Part shown: positions 1 to 8,426 of the stretch, piece by piece
How the letters are laid out: each line of letters starts with the position of its first letter
Position numbering within the stretch: position 1 is the stretch's first letter
Assembly (NCBI GenBank): GCA_021741075.1
Contig: JAIOYO010000014.1
Coordinates: 1,110 to 65,109 of the forward strand
Origin: Flavobacteriales bacterium
GTDB taxonomy: Bacteria; Bacteroidota; Bacteroidia; UBA10329
Direction: 5' to 3'
Length of the DNA stretch: 64,000 nucleotides
Notes under the pieces: model-generated
The model's input: the letters and a program-made list of their open reading frames with translations, nothing else
The model's database searches: none
What the model was told of the DNA's origin: nothing
Translations under genes and position numbers: made by a program

Positions 1-184
1 TTTACAAAGACAACCAATAATCATGAACCGGGCGGAAGGTTACAGATACAGGGCAGGGTGGCAGTATGTAATTCTTTCGAATATTTCTAAAGTTGATGGT
101 TGAATGCCTTGTTCTTTGGCATTGGTAGTTCCGACATAATCAGCGCAGTCTCCTTTGTCAAATACCCCCTTTCAAAGTAAGGCC

Positions 185-976
185 TCAGTCAGCAAGAGAG
201 AATGTATTTTGCGTACTGACCGATAATTTCCGGTCTATCATAGACCATAGGTTAACTCTTACATCAATGGCACGTCTGGCGCATTCTGCTGCCTCCAGCC
301 ATTTGGTCTTGTCTTGGCCACAGGCTACCTCCATAAGCTTAAGCGCCATTGGGCCATGTTCGTCCCCGTCCAGTTCAATATGGCGTTCTAGATAGTATCT
401 GAATTTAGGAGCGTTTCTGAGTTCATCACTGTTCTTAAGAACCTGAAGGAACATTTCTGGAATAATGTCCTCTCTTCCGAAAGTGAAGGCAGCAGCAATT
501 TTGTGGATGTCTCTCGATTCTATGGTCTCAAACGTGAACTTCAAAAACTGTTTCAATTCAACCGGAAGATTCAATCCGGCAATGGTCTCAAATAGGGGGG
601 TGCCATCCTTTAATTCTCCTACAAAAGTTTCTATCGGTTCTGTGCTGGCCCCAACCTCACTCATGGCATTCAGGTACATGGCGTAATGAGACCTGTAGTT
701 GCCCTCACTATCCATATCACTCTCCTCGCTTAAGACAATTTCGTTAATGAATCTGGCCACATCGGTGTTCTGCGGATTGAACCAAGGCAAGGTTGTAGGC
801 GCAAAATGCGTTTGCAACGCTTTTACTAATGACATGAAATCCCAAACGGCAAAAGCATGATACTGCATGAAAAATTTCACATCGTCAATGCTTTTAAGAT
901 TCTTATATACCGAATGATCGATGAGACGATCCATCGATGGTTGAATGTATGACCTGAGTTCAGTAATGGAATTCAC
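185..976 (-). CDS. DUF3050 family protein (heme-oxygenase-like helical fold)
   Basis: 263-aa ORF. Segments 'FMQYHAFAVWDFMSL' and 'LERHIELDGDEHG' match my memory of DUF3050. It lies 22 nt downstream of the response regulator on the same strand. Confidence 0.65.
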   Translation of the reverse strand: MNSITELRSYIQPSMDRLIDHSVYKNLKSIDDVKFFMQYHAFAVWDFMSLVKALQTHFAPTTLPWFNPQNTDVARFINEIVLSEESDMDSEGNYRSHYAMYLNAMSEVGASTEPIETFVGELKDGTPLFETIAGLNLPVELKQFLKFTFETIESRDIHKIAAAFTFGREDIIPEMFLQVLKNSDELRNAPKFRYYLERHIELDGDEHGPMALKLMEVACGQDKTKWLEAAECARRAIDVRVNLWSMIDRKLSVSTQNTFSLAD

Positions 977-998
977 GTATCAGCTGATTATCCGGTTA

Positions 999-1667
999 TC
1001 AGTTTTCCTGCAATTGATTTGTTCCTGCCATCAGTTCTGCTCTGGAGTTGATCTCAAGGGCCTTGTAAATGCGCTGTACGTGCTGCCCTACAGTATTTCT
1101 TGAGATTACAAGGTTTTCTGCAATGGACTGATAGCTTTTACCTCTTACCAAATCTCTGTATACCAGTTTCTGTGCAGTAGTTAGATCTGCTGTAGGGTCT
1201 TTGGTGGCTTCTGCATGGTAAGCATGCGTAAAGCTCATAGACTGAACGAAGTTGCACATGCTGTTGGCAGCTGTTGGGCTTAAAACATAATCGAGTTGCT
1301 TGGACTGATTGAGAAAATTTCCTAACGCAAGCACCGCATCTTCTTTTACCAGATACCCATCTGCCCCGTTTCTGATGCAGTCTACAATGGTCTGGTAAGA
1401 ACTGTCAGAAGAAAGCATAATGATCTTGTTGTAAGGGTTGATGCGTTTCAGTAGATTGATGCTATCAACGGTTTTCACTCCATGCAGGTGCACATCTAAC
1501 AAGATAATCAGGTTGTTGAATTGATGGATCCGTTTGATGGCATCTTTGAGGTTTTCGTATTCGCCAACCACTACATAGTTGTAGGATTGGTTGATGACCG
1601 AAACGAAGGAATGCCTCAACAACGGCTCGTCTTCTATGATGATGATTTTGGCCTTTTCTCTGTTCAT
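999..1667 (-). CDS. Response regulator, NarL/FixJ (LuxR-type HTH) family
   Basis: N-terminal REC domain ('IIIIEDEP', 'ILLDVHL', 'KIIMLSS'). C-terminal LuxR HTH ('KSYQSIAENLVISRNTVGQHVQRIYKAL'). Starts 1 nt after the kinase stop. Confidence 0.9.
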   Translation of the reverse strand: MNREKAKIIIIEDEPLLRHSFVSVINQSYNYVVVGEYENLKDAIKRIHQFNNLIILLDVHLHGVKTVDSINLLKRINPYNKIIMLSSDSSYQTIVDCIRNGADGYLVKEDAVLALGNFLNQSKQLDYVLSPTAANSMCNFVQSMSFTHAYHAEATKDPTADLTTAQKLVYRDLVRGKSYQSIAENLVISRNTVGQHVQRIYKALEINSRAELMAGTNQLQEN

Positions 1668-1668
1668 C

Positions 1669-3174
1669 TTATTCGGCTTCGTTCAGTGGAAATAGAAGAC
1701 TTATGCTATATCTGTTCTCATCTACCTCATAGTCTAAACATCCACCCAGTAGATCGGTAACGTGTTGTACAATTCCAAGTCCAAGCCCCAGACCTTTGTC
1801 ATCTCCTGGGTTGGCTCTGTAAAGCGGTGTTCCAAGTTGCCCTCTGTCTGGTCGGGTTTTAGTGGTTACAGGGTTCGAAAAAGACAGCCTGGTCTGCCGA
1901 CCTTCTATGCATGATCGGATAGATATCTTGTCATTGTGCTCTGTGTATTTCAAGGCATTTTCTACAATGTTTTTCAATGCCAAGTTGAAAAGATCGATGT
2001 CAACACGTATCGATTCATCGGTAGCTGTTTCTTCAATTTCAAACTTCTCGCTCAGCATAAAGAGTCTGAAATGGTAATGCAGGTAGTTGGTAACCAGATT
2101 TCTGACCTGTACGGGCTTTGTGGCAGCTTCAGACCTATCATAAAGGGCTTCGTATTTAACCAATTTCGAAACACTTTCGTTCAGGCCTTGTAGTTCCTCC
2201 ACAATATGGTCCAGTGCTTTGGAGTAAATGCCTTCTCCGCTGTTCTTTAACTGACCCTGAAGCAGCTGAATGCCTGTAAGTGTGTTGAGAATTGGTTTTT
2301 TGAATTCATGAGAAACCGTGCGCACCAACTTGGAGCGCATTTCGTTCAACTCTTTTTCCTTGTCAACAAGCCCTTCTAGACTCTTTTTTGTCCGCTCATG
2401 CTCGGTAATATCTCGGTACATCCATAAGTAACCTTGCAGTTCATTGTCTGCTGTCAGCGGAATAAAATCTCGTTCAAGATATGAGTCGTCCTTGAGCTGG
2501 ATTATTTCATTGAAAACTGGAATTTTCTTCTCAACCAACTCCTCAACCCCTGCAATAAAGCCATCAGGATCTTTCATCTGTTGCTTTACGATATGAAGTC
2601 CGTCAACACAGTTGGAGCCACGAAGCATGTCTGGGTCCAGATCAAGGTCTACAAGAACGCCCAGTTCTGCATTAGACTCAATAACAAAACGGTTAGCGTC
2701 TTCCAAAAGAATACCCGATGTGGCGTTTTTTACGATTGAGGTGATACTCAAATTCTGTGCTTGGAGTTTACGCTCCGCAAGCTTAAGTTCAGTGATGATT
2801 CTGGTTACGCATACCAATCCGCCATCTTCCAAAAAAGTAAGGGATATCTCTTGGTAAATGGGTGTGCCTTGCTTAGATACACCAACAGTTTCGCCCCGCC
2901 AATGCCCGTCTCTTACAAGCAACGGAAAGATGTCTCTTTCTATTCGTTCAATTTCCTCTGGTCGGTAGAAAATATGCCATGTTTTTCCAAAAAGTTCAGA
3001 AGCATCCGAGTAACCGAATTGCACTACATGAGCATTATTGAGGTAGTAGTATTTTGATTCACTGTCAAGCAGGGCTATACCGTCTGCGGTGCTGTTTATC
3101 GCAAGTTCCAGTAATTGCCGCAAACGGCTGTCGCTTGTCATTTCTGGCGGTGGGGTGGTAACGATAGTTTTCAT
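1669..3174 (-). CDS. PAS-domain sensor histidine kinase
   Basis: 501 aa with two PAS-like regions. H-box 'VSHEFKKPILN'. HATPase motifs 'NIVENALKYT' and 'GLGLGLGIVQ'. Confidence 0.9.
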   Translation of the reverse strand: MKTIVTTPPPEMTSDSRLRQLLELAINSTADGIALLDSESKYYYLNNAHVVQFGYSDASELFGKTWHIFYRPEEIERIERDIFPLLVRDGHWRGETVGVSKQGTPIYQEISLTFLEDGGLVCVTRIITELKLAERKLQAQNLSITSIVKNATSGILLEDANRFVIESNAELGVLVDLDLDPDMLRGSNCVDGLHIVKQQMKDPDGFIAGVEELVEKKIPVFNEIIQLKDDSYLERDFIPLTADNELQGYLWMYRDITEHERTKKSLEGLVDKEKELNEMRSKLVRTVSHEFKKPILNTLTGIQLLQGQLKNSGEGIYSKALDHIVEELQGLNESVSKLVKYEALYDRSEAATKPVQVRNLVTNYLHYHFRLFMLSEKFEIEETATDESIRVDIDLFNLALKNIVENALKYTEHNDKISIRSCIEGRQTRLSFSNPVTTKTRPDRGQLGTPLYRANPGDDKGLGLGLGIVQHVTDLLGGCLDYEVDENRYSISLLFPLNEAE

Positions 3175-3262
3175 TTAGAAAATTGCGTGTTTTACGTAGC
3201 AAAGTTACCTTAACACCATCCGAGAAGGATGGTTCAATCGTTTGGTTTCGATAAACGGGGTG

Positions 3263-3640
3263 TTAAGCCACCCTCATAGTTCTAAGCACGCTTTGGTCTA
3301 CTTGGCAGAGATGAACCGTGTCTGAAGATAAATGCTCAGCCAAAATACATCCTAGCTCTTCCATCTCCTCGTCTTCCCATTGGTACAGATAATTAACCTT
3401 GAGGCTTGGCATGTTTTGTTTTTTGCTTGCGGAATCCAGAATGGTTAAGAATCGGAAAAGAAGCTTTTTGGCCTTGGAATCAAGAAAATCGAAATGAACA
3501 TACAGCTGATACACTTCGCTCGGACCAAGTTGTTTCATCTCAAAGTACACCTCAATTAGTTGAGTCACCAGCTTATCTTGGCTGATGAATGTGAACGCAC
3601 CGGATACGTGCATCTTTCTGGAATTTGAGTTGAGCATCAT
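3263..3640 (-). CDS. DUF1987 (SiaC-like) domain protein, paralog 1
   Basis: 125 aa. The pattern 'YVHFDFLDSKAKKLLFRFLTILD ... LKVNYLYQWEDEEMEELG' parallels the SiaC/DUF1987 core (L.Y.NTSS.K ... W.Y...D.dm.e.G) as I remember it. Confidence 0.6.
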   Translation of the reverse strand: MMLNSNSRKMHVSGAFTFISQDKLVTQLIEVYFEMKQLGPSEVYQLYVHFDFLDSKAKKLLFRFLTILDSASKKQNMPSLKVNYLYQWEDEEMEELGCILAEHLSSDTVHLCQVDQSVLRTMRVA

Positions 3641-3765
3641 CTGTCTGTGTTAAATGGGTTATGTCAAAGTAACGTCTCAATCAAGGGTAAAGGTTTGATT
3701 GTTGTATGTGATATTGTGCTGAGCGTGTAACTAAAAAAGGTTATTCCTGATTCGCGCAAATCGAT

Positions 3766-4170
3766 TCACATAGCGTACAGTCTATCCGTTTCTATTTGAT
3801 GGAAGTTAAGCTCGAAGAATTTATTCAATAACTCTCCCATTTCTATCATATCATCATCAAACCAATCATACCTCCATTCTATGATTACCTCTTTGGTCAG
3901 ATCGCTTTTGAGTAATGCCTCTATCTGCCCCATGTAATTGAACAGAATCTTCTTGCATCTGACATCCAAAAAACTGACATGAAATGAGATTGATGTCATT
4001 TCAAATATTCTTGATGATTCTACAAGTTCCAGAGCCGTTTCCAATTGATAGATAAGTTCTCCAGCACTTAGAAAGGTAAAGGCGCCTTCAACTTTGGCTT
4101 TCTTGGCATCTTGTTTAAGAGGCAGGTCTATAACTTTCATGATCGGTAGTCTTTCTTCATCATACCGCAT
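3766..4170 (-). CDS. DUF1987 (SiaC-like) domain protein, paralog 2
   Basis: 134 aa. 'FHVSFLDVRCKKILFNYMGQIE ... VIIEWRYDWFDDDMIEMGE' has the same layout as paralog 1. An alternative start exists at M11 (4140). Confidence 0.6.
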   Translation of the reverse strand: MRYDEERLPIMKVIDLPLKQDAKKAKVEGAFTFLSAGELIYQLETALELVESSRIFEMTSISFHVSFLDVRCKKILFNYMGQIEALLKSDLTKEVIIEWRYDWFDDDMIEMGELLNKFFELNFHQIETDRLYAM

Positions 4171-4250
4171 GGAAAAACAAAGCGTTTCACCTAAAAAGCA
4201 CTAAATCACTGGAATCTGATAACCAATTAAGGTTATGTACTCAAGCAGCA

Positions 4251-4832
4251 TCACTTGCCTTGACGCAATGGTAACAGAAGACCTGATAGGGCAAATTCGC
4301 GTTTCTTGCTGTTGAACACACCGCTATCGGTGGCCTGAATGTCGCTGATGGAACAGAAACTCTGCGGGATATGCTTGCGCATCAGTTCCGTAATCTCTTT
4401 GCTGTGCTTGCGGTTCACAATAATGAAGATCTGCTTGACCGGTCCGTTGGCACCAACACCATCGAAAACCGTGTAACCTTGGTTCAGCGACTTGAGCGCT
4501 TCCAGAAATTCTTCAATGGGTTGTGGTGTTATGATGCGCATCTGATGCTTGCCTAATGCCATCTTCTCTTCGATCTTGAACCCAATAAAGCTTCCGGCCG
4601 TGAATCCAAGGGCCCAAGCAATGTAACTGCTCCAATGATTTACGTGCTGAATGAGTTGAGAAATGGCTGTAATCCAGAGCAATACTTCAAAGAAACCGAT
4701 AACCCGAACAGCTTTTCGGTTTCCGCGACCAATAAGAACCAAACGCAAGGTTCCGAGACTTGTGTCCAACATCCGCGTGAAGAAGATGATGATTGGAAGA
4801 ATAATATGGAAGTACGGAATCGACTCAGCCAT
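4251..4832 (-). CDS. UPF0316 / DUF2179-type membrane protein
   Basis: 193 aa. Three N-terminal TM helices ('TRMLDTSLGTLRLVLIGRG') are followed by a soluble DUF2179-like C-terminal domain. Confidence 0.65.
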   Translation of the reverse strand: MAESIPYFHIILPIIIFFTRMLDTSLGTLRLVLIGRGNRKAVRVIGFFEVLLWITAISQLIQHVNHWSSYIAWALGFTAGSFIGFKIEEKMALGKHQMRIITPQPIEEFLEALKSLNQGYTVFDGVGANGPVKQIFIIVNRKHSKEITELMRKHIPQSFCSISDIQATDSGVFNSKKREFALSGLLLPLRQGK

Positions 4833-4912
4833 TGGAGGGGTTCAAAGTTCGAGGCTCAAGGTGGCAGTAATTGTGTGTTTTTCGGCAATCATCAATCGTA
4901 ATTCGTGAATCG

Positions 4913-5416
4913 TTAATCATTTAAAAGATGCTCATCAATGAATTCGCGCACGCAAGCATCGCCACCTTTTCTAGTAAGAATGACGTTTGCTTTGAGTTTA
5001 ACGGATTCTACCGCATCGGCCGGACAGCCAGAAAAACCAACAGCTTCCATTACTTCCAAATCGTTGATATCGTCTCCAATGTATGCCACTTGCTCTAAGG
5101 TTATTTCAAACTCGCGACACCATTCAGAAAGCACGTCAATTTTAGGACGTGGTCCGATGTAAATGTGGTCAACACCCAAGGTTTTGGCGCGTCCTCGCAC
5201 AATCATGGCTTGGCTGCCAGAGCTTAAGAAAGCCACTTGGAGACCTGCTTTTATCGCCTGTTGAATGCCCATACCGTCTTTGGTGTTGAACTTCTTAAAC
5301 TGGTCGCCACTCTCGGTGTAGTACATGCCGCCATCGGTCATTACTCCATCTACATCCAACACTAGGAATTTGATGTTGTGTGTTGCAAAATCTTCGAATG
5401 CGTTTTGGTGACTCAT
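4913..5416 (-). CDS. kdsC: KdsC-family HAD-IIIA phosphatase (3-deoxy-ulosonate 8-phosphate phosphatase-like)
   Basis: 167 aa. HAD motif I 'LVLDVDGVMTDG', 'FNTKDG', and motif IV 'GDDINDL'. The size is typical of KdsC. Confidence 0.8.
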   Translation of the reverse strand: MSHQNAFEDFATHNIKFLVLDVDGVMTDGGMYYTESGDQFKKFNTKDGMGIQQAIKAGLQVAFLSSGSQAMIVRGRAKTLGVDHIYIGPRPKIDVLSEWCREFEITLEQVAYIGDDINDLEVMEAVGFSGCPADAVESVKLKANVILTRKGGDACVREFIDEHLLND

Positions 5417-5418
5417 CT

Positions 5419-6417
5419 CTATATTATTTTACGTCCAACTGCTTTTGCAATCGGTCTTAAAGTTCCTAGCAAATCTCTGAATTGTTCGTGGTTCAATTGC
5501 TGCGAGGCATCGCTTTTTGCAACCTTTGGATTGTGGTGAACTTCAATCAATACACCATCTACGCCCATTGCTACACAAGCACGACTTAAATCCGCAACTC
5601 CGTATGCGTAACCCATGGCATGAGATGGGTCGAGTACCAATGGTAGATTCGTGTGTTCTTTTAAATACGCTACACCGCAAAGGTCAAGTGTAAAGCGGGT
5701 ACCGGTTTCGAATGTTCTAATGCCGCGTTCGCAAAGCATTACGTTTTGGTTTCCGCCCGAAAGAATGAATTCTGATGCTTGCACAAATTCCTGCAAGGTT
5801 GTGCCAAAGCCGCGCTTCAAAAGAACTGGTTGTTTTGCCTTACCGCACTTCTTTAAAATGCCATGATCGTACATCGATTTGGCACCAATCTGAATGATGT
5901 CGGCATATTCGATGATGTCGTCAATTTGCGTGGCATCGCGGACTTCGGTAATGATATTCAAACCAAATTCATCGCGCATTTTAGCAAGTAGTTTCAAACC
6001 CTTCAATCCCAAACCTTGAAACGAGTAGGGCGAAGTTCGAGGTTTGTAAGCGCCCGCTCTAAGCGTGCTGATTCCTAATTCTTTCATCAGTGTGGCCGAA
6101 GAACGAATTTGAGCTTCGCTTTCTACCGAGCATGGCCCACCAATCACGACTGTATTTCCCGTTTTTCCACCAATCTGAACCTTGCCTAATTGAATAGTGC
6201 GCGTTTCATTTTTGTACTTCCGACTTCCCAATTGGAGGTCGTTGTCGAATACGAAGAATTTGCTTGTAGAATTCTCTAATTCCGTTGGTAATTTCTTCTC
6301 GGATGAGCTGTTTATGAGCACGAAGCGAGTTCCATCGTAAATGCAAAATGCTTTGGCAACTTTCGCCAATTCATGTGCGCGCTCTTCGTTTACTTTATCG
6401 TTCAGTTCAATAATCAT
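5419..6417 (-). CDS. 3-deoxy-7-phosphoheptulonate (DAHP) synthase, type I-beta, with N-terminal regulatory extension
   Basis: 'GGPCSVESE', 'RAGAYKPRTSPYSFQGLG', 'IIQIGAKSM', 'LLKRG', 'CERGIRTFE' and 'LDPSH' closely parallel the Thermotoga-type DAHPS. An N-terminal extension of about 90 aa resembles its ferredoxin-like domain. Confidence 0.85.
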   Translation of the reverse strand: MIIELNDKVNEERAHELAKVAKAFCIYDGTRFVLINSSSEKKLPTELENSTSKFFVFDNDLQLGSRKYKNETRTIQLGKVQIGGKTGNTVVIGGPCSVESEAQIRSSATLMKELGISTLRAGAYKPRTSPYSFQGLGLKGLKLLAKMRDEFGLNIITEVRDATQIDDIIEYADIIQIGAKSMYDHGILKKCGKAKQPVLLKRGFGTTLQEFVQASEFILSGGNQNVMLCERGIRTFETGTRFTLDLCGVAYLKEHTNLPLVLDPSHAMGYAYGVADLSRACVAMGVDGVLIEVHHNPKVAKSDASQQLNHEQFRDLLGTLRPIAKAVGRKII

Positions 6418-7436
6418 GCTTCTCCTTTAATAAGGTCGTTAAATGTGAGTGAACCCGTCAGTTTTCCTTCGGAATTGATAACGGGTAAATAGTTAATTGG
6501 TATAGATTGAATTCGAATGAAACGCAACAGTTCTGTCACGGTCATTTCTTCGTTCACCGTAATTGGTTTTAGATTGATGAGTGATTCTGCTTGCAGCGAA
6601 CTTAGATTGTCAATGTTTCTGAGTAAACCTTTTCTAACATCTGCATTGCTAATCATGCCTTTCATAAAACCAGCTTTGTCTACTACAGCCGTGAATGCCA
6701 TTCGTGCATCTTCGATGGATTGGAGCACGGTTTTTAATGAAAGTTGAGACAAATTGACCCTTGGTGTTTCGTTCAAACTTTGCATAAAGTCCCTTACGCG
6801 ATAATGTGAATCGGTTTGTCCGCTTTTTAGAGTAAGCATGGCTCCAGCAACCGATTGTTGCTTGAATAAATAAGAGCCAGAAACAGCGCAATGCACGCCT
6901 AAGTTTCTAAGAATGAATGAGACCTCGGCATTCACACCGCCATCCACATGTACGCGTTTGTTCGGAAATTTCTGTTTGAATTCTCTGATTCGTTGGAAAT
7001 TATCCTTGTTGAACGAGCCGCCACTTACTCCCGGTTCTGTTGCCATCAAAAGCACGAAATCGCAACTGTCGGCAAATTCTGCGAACGCATCTAAAGGCGT
7101 GTTTGAAGTCAATGCCAAGCCCAACTTCTTGAAACCTTTTGTTGGTAGTTCGCGACTTCCGCCCAGGTTTTCGTACTGAATGGTAAGAAGCTCCACAGGA
7201 TTTGATTCCAAAGCAGAAGCAAAATCCATTGGTTTGGAGGTGATGAGATGCAAATCGAGTGGGAGAGAGGTCTCCTGTTTAACACGGGCCAAATCATCGA
7301 AAACAGAAAAATCATGCTTGCAATCGATATGCAGCATATCTGCATGGTGCGCTTCCAGTTCTTTTACGGTTTCGAGAATATCCTTCTCTCCGTTGGCGTA
7401 TATGGAAGCTGAAATGCGCATTTTTCTATCGAGCAA
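6414..7436 (-). CDS. Ribulose-phosphate 3-epimerase-like TIM-barrel fused to a C-terminal CBS pair
   Basis: The N-terminal ~215 aa keep Rpe-like positions 'LHID', 'LDLHL', 'ATEPGVSGGSF' and 'HVDGGV'. The C-terminal ~120 aa have two CBS-like repeats ('VVDKAGFMKGMISNADV', 'LPVINSEGKLTGSLTFNDLIKG'). Overlaps the DAHPS start by 4 nt. Confidence 0.65.
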   Translation of the reverse strand: MLDRKMRISASIYANGEKDILETVKELEAHHADMLHIDCKHDFSVFDDLARVKQETSLPLDLHLITSKPMDFASALESNPVELLTIQYENLGGSRELPTKGFKKLGLALTSNTPLDAFAEFADSCDFVLLMATEPGVSGGSFNKDNFQRIREFKQKFPNKRVHVDGGVNAEVSFILRNLGVHCAVSGSYLFKQQSVAGAMLTLKSGQTDSHYRVRDFMQSLNETPRVNLSQLSLKTVLQSIEDARMAFTAVVDKAGFMKGMISNADVRKGLLRNIDNLSSLQAESLINLKPITVNEEMTVTELLRFIRIQSIPINYLPVINSEGKLTGSLTFNDLIKGEA

Positions 7437-7437
7437 A

Positions 7438-7542
7438 TGTAGGGGTTTGCCTTGGCAAACCCGTGTCGAATTCCCATTTGTAGGGGCGTATGGAAATACG
7501 CCCGTGTGCTTTCATTTCGGGCGTATTTCCATACGTCCCTAC
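7438..7542. repeat. Two tandem palindromic (REP-like) hairpin units between cysteine synthase and the Rpe-like gene
   Basis: Unit 1: TGTAGGGG then stem GGGTTTGC/GCAAACCC (7443-7462) then CGTGT. Unit 2: 25-nt arms 7480-7504 and 7518-7542 (GTAGGGGCGTATGGAAATACGCCCG vs its complement, 1 mismatch) with a 13-nt spacer. Each arm is itself an internal palindrome. Confidence 0.8.
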
Positions 7543-7544
7543 GA

Positions 7545-8426
7545 TTAGAAATTAAAAAGGTCTGAGCTCAGGTATCTATCACCACGATCGCAGGTAATGC
7601 AAACGATAGTACCGCTTTCCAACTCAGAAGAAACTTTAAGTGCTGCGAAAAGCGCGCCACCGCTGCTCATTCCAGCAAGGATTCCTTCTTCGCGTGCCAT
7701 TCTGCGTGTAATATCAGTGGCATCCGTCTGACTTACATCTACTACGCGGTCAACTCTGCTGGCGTCAAAAATCTTAGGTAAGAATTCGGGCGACCATCTT
7801 CTTATGCCTGGAATGCTAGAACCGTCCGTAGGCTGCGTTCCTACAATTTGAACGTTTGGGTTCTGCTCTTTCAGGTAGCGCGAAACTCCCATGATAGTGC
7901 CAGTTGTTCCCATAGCAGAAACGAAATGCGTGACTTCGCCATTCGTATCTCGCCAAATTTCAGGTCCGGTTGTTCTGTAATGCTGTCCCCAGTTATCTGG
8001 GTTGGCAAATTGGTTCAGCATGAAGTATTCGCCTGTAGCTGACATTTCTTCTGCCAATTCGCGCGAGTACTCGATGGTTCTGGCGGCTGGCGTCAGAATG
8101 ACCTCTGCTCCATACGCTTTCATGGTTTGAATGCGTTCTTCGGTAGAATTATCGGGCATAATGAGGTGCATTTTTACACCTTTCAGTTGAGCAATCATTG
8201 CTAAAGCAATACCCGTGTTGCCGCTGGTTGCTTCCACCAACTTATCACCTTTCTTGATGTCACCACGCTTTAGGGCTTCGGTAATCATTCCGTAGGCAGC
8301 ACGGTCTTTTACACTTCCACCAGGATTGTTGCCTTCTAACTTGCAAAAGATTCTGATGTTCGGATTTGGGTTGATGTTTTGAATTTCAACCAGTGGCGTG
8401 TTGCCGATTAGACTTTCTATCCCCAC
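7545..8426 (-). CDS. Cysteine synthase (O-acetylserine sulfhydrylase, CysK/CysM family)
   Basis: 'GNTPLV', the PLP lysine context 'NPGGSVKDRAA', and 'TSGNTGIALA'. 293 aa, directly downstream of cysE. Confidence 0.9.
   Translation of the reverse strand: MGIESLIGNTPLVEIQNINPNPNIRIFCKLEGNNPGGSVKDRAAYGMITEALKRGDIKKGDKLVEATSGNTGIALAMIAQLKGVKMHLIMPDNSTEERIQTMKAYGAEVILTPAARTIEYSRELAEEMSATGEYFMLNQFANPDNWGQHYRTTGPEIWRDTNGEVTHFVSAMGTTGTIMGVSRYLKEQNPNVQIVGTQPTDGSSIPGIRRWSPEFLPKIFDASRVDRVVDVSQTDATDITRRMAREEGILAGMSSGGALFAALKVSSELESGTIVCITCDRGDRYLSSDLFNF

Noticed and set aside
1-90. Open frame at the left edge (…FTKTTNNHEPGGRLQIQGRVAVCNSFEYF*), possibly the 3' end of a plus-strand gene; also an ATG at 24-22 on the minus strand running off the edge.
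   Set aside because: Only 30 and 8 codons are visible and neither has a recognisable motif, so neither can be supported as a feature.
5419-6417. Considered calling this gene KDO8P synthase (kdsA) because it sits next to a kdsC-like gene.
   Set aside because: The sequence has 'YKPRTSPYSFQGLG', the DAHPS I-beta signature, rather than the KDO8PS-type motif. It also has the Thermotoga-like N-terminal extension. I kept it as DAHP synthase and discuss the odd context as a finding.
7180-7548. 122-aa plus-strand ORF spanning the end of the Rpe-like gene and the palindromic spacer.
   Set aside because: It is antisense to a well-supported CDS, and its 3' part is simply the REP-like hairpins read as codons.
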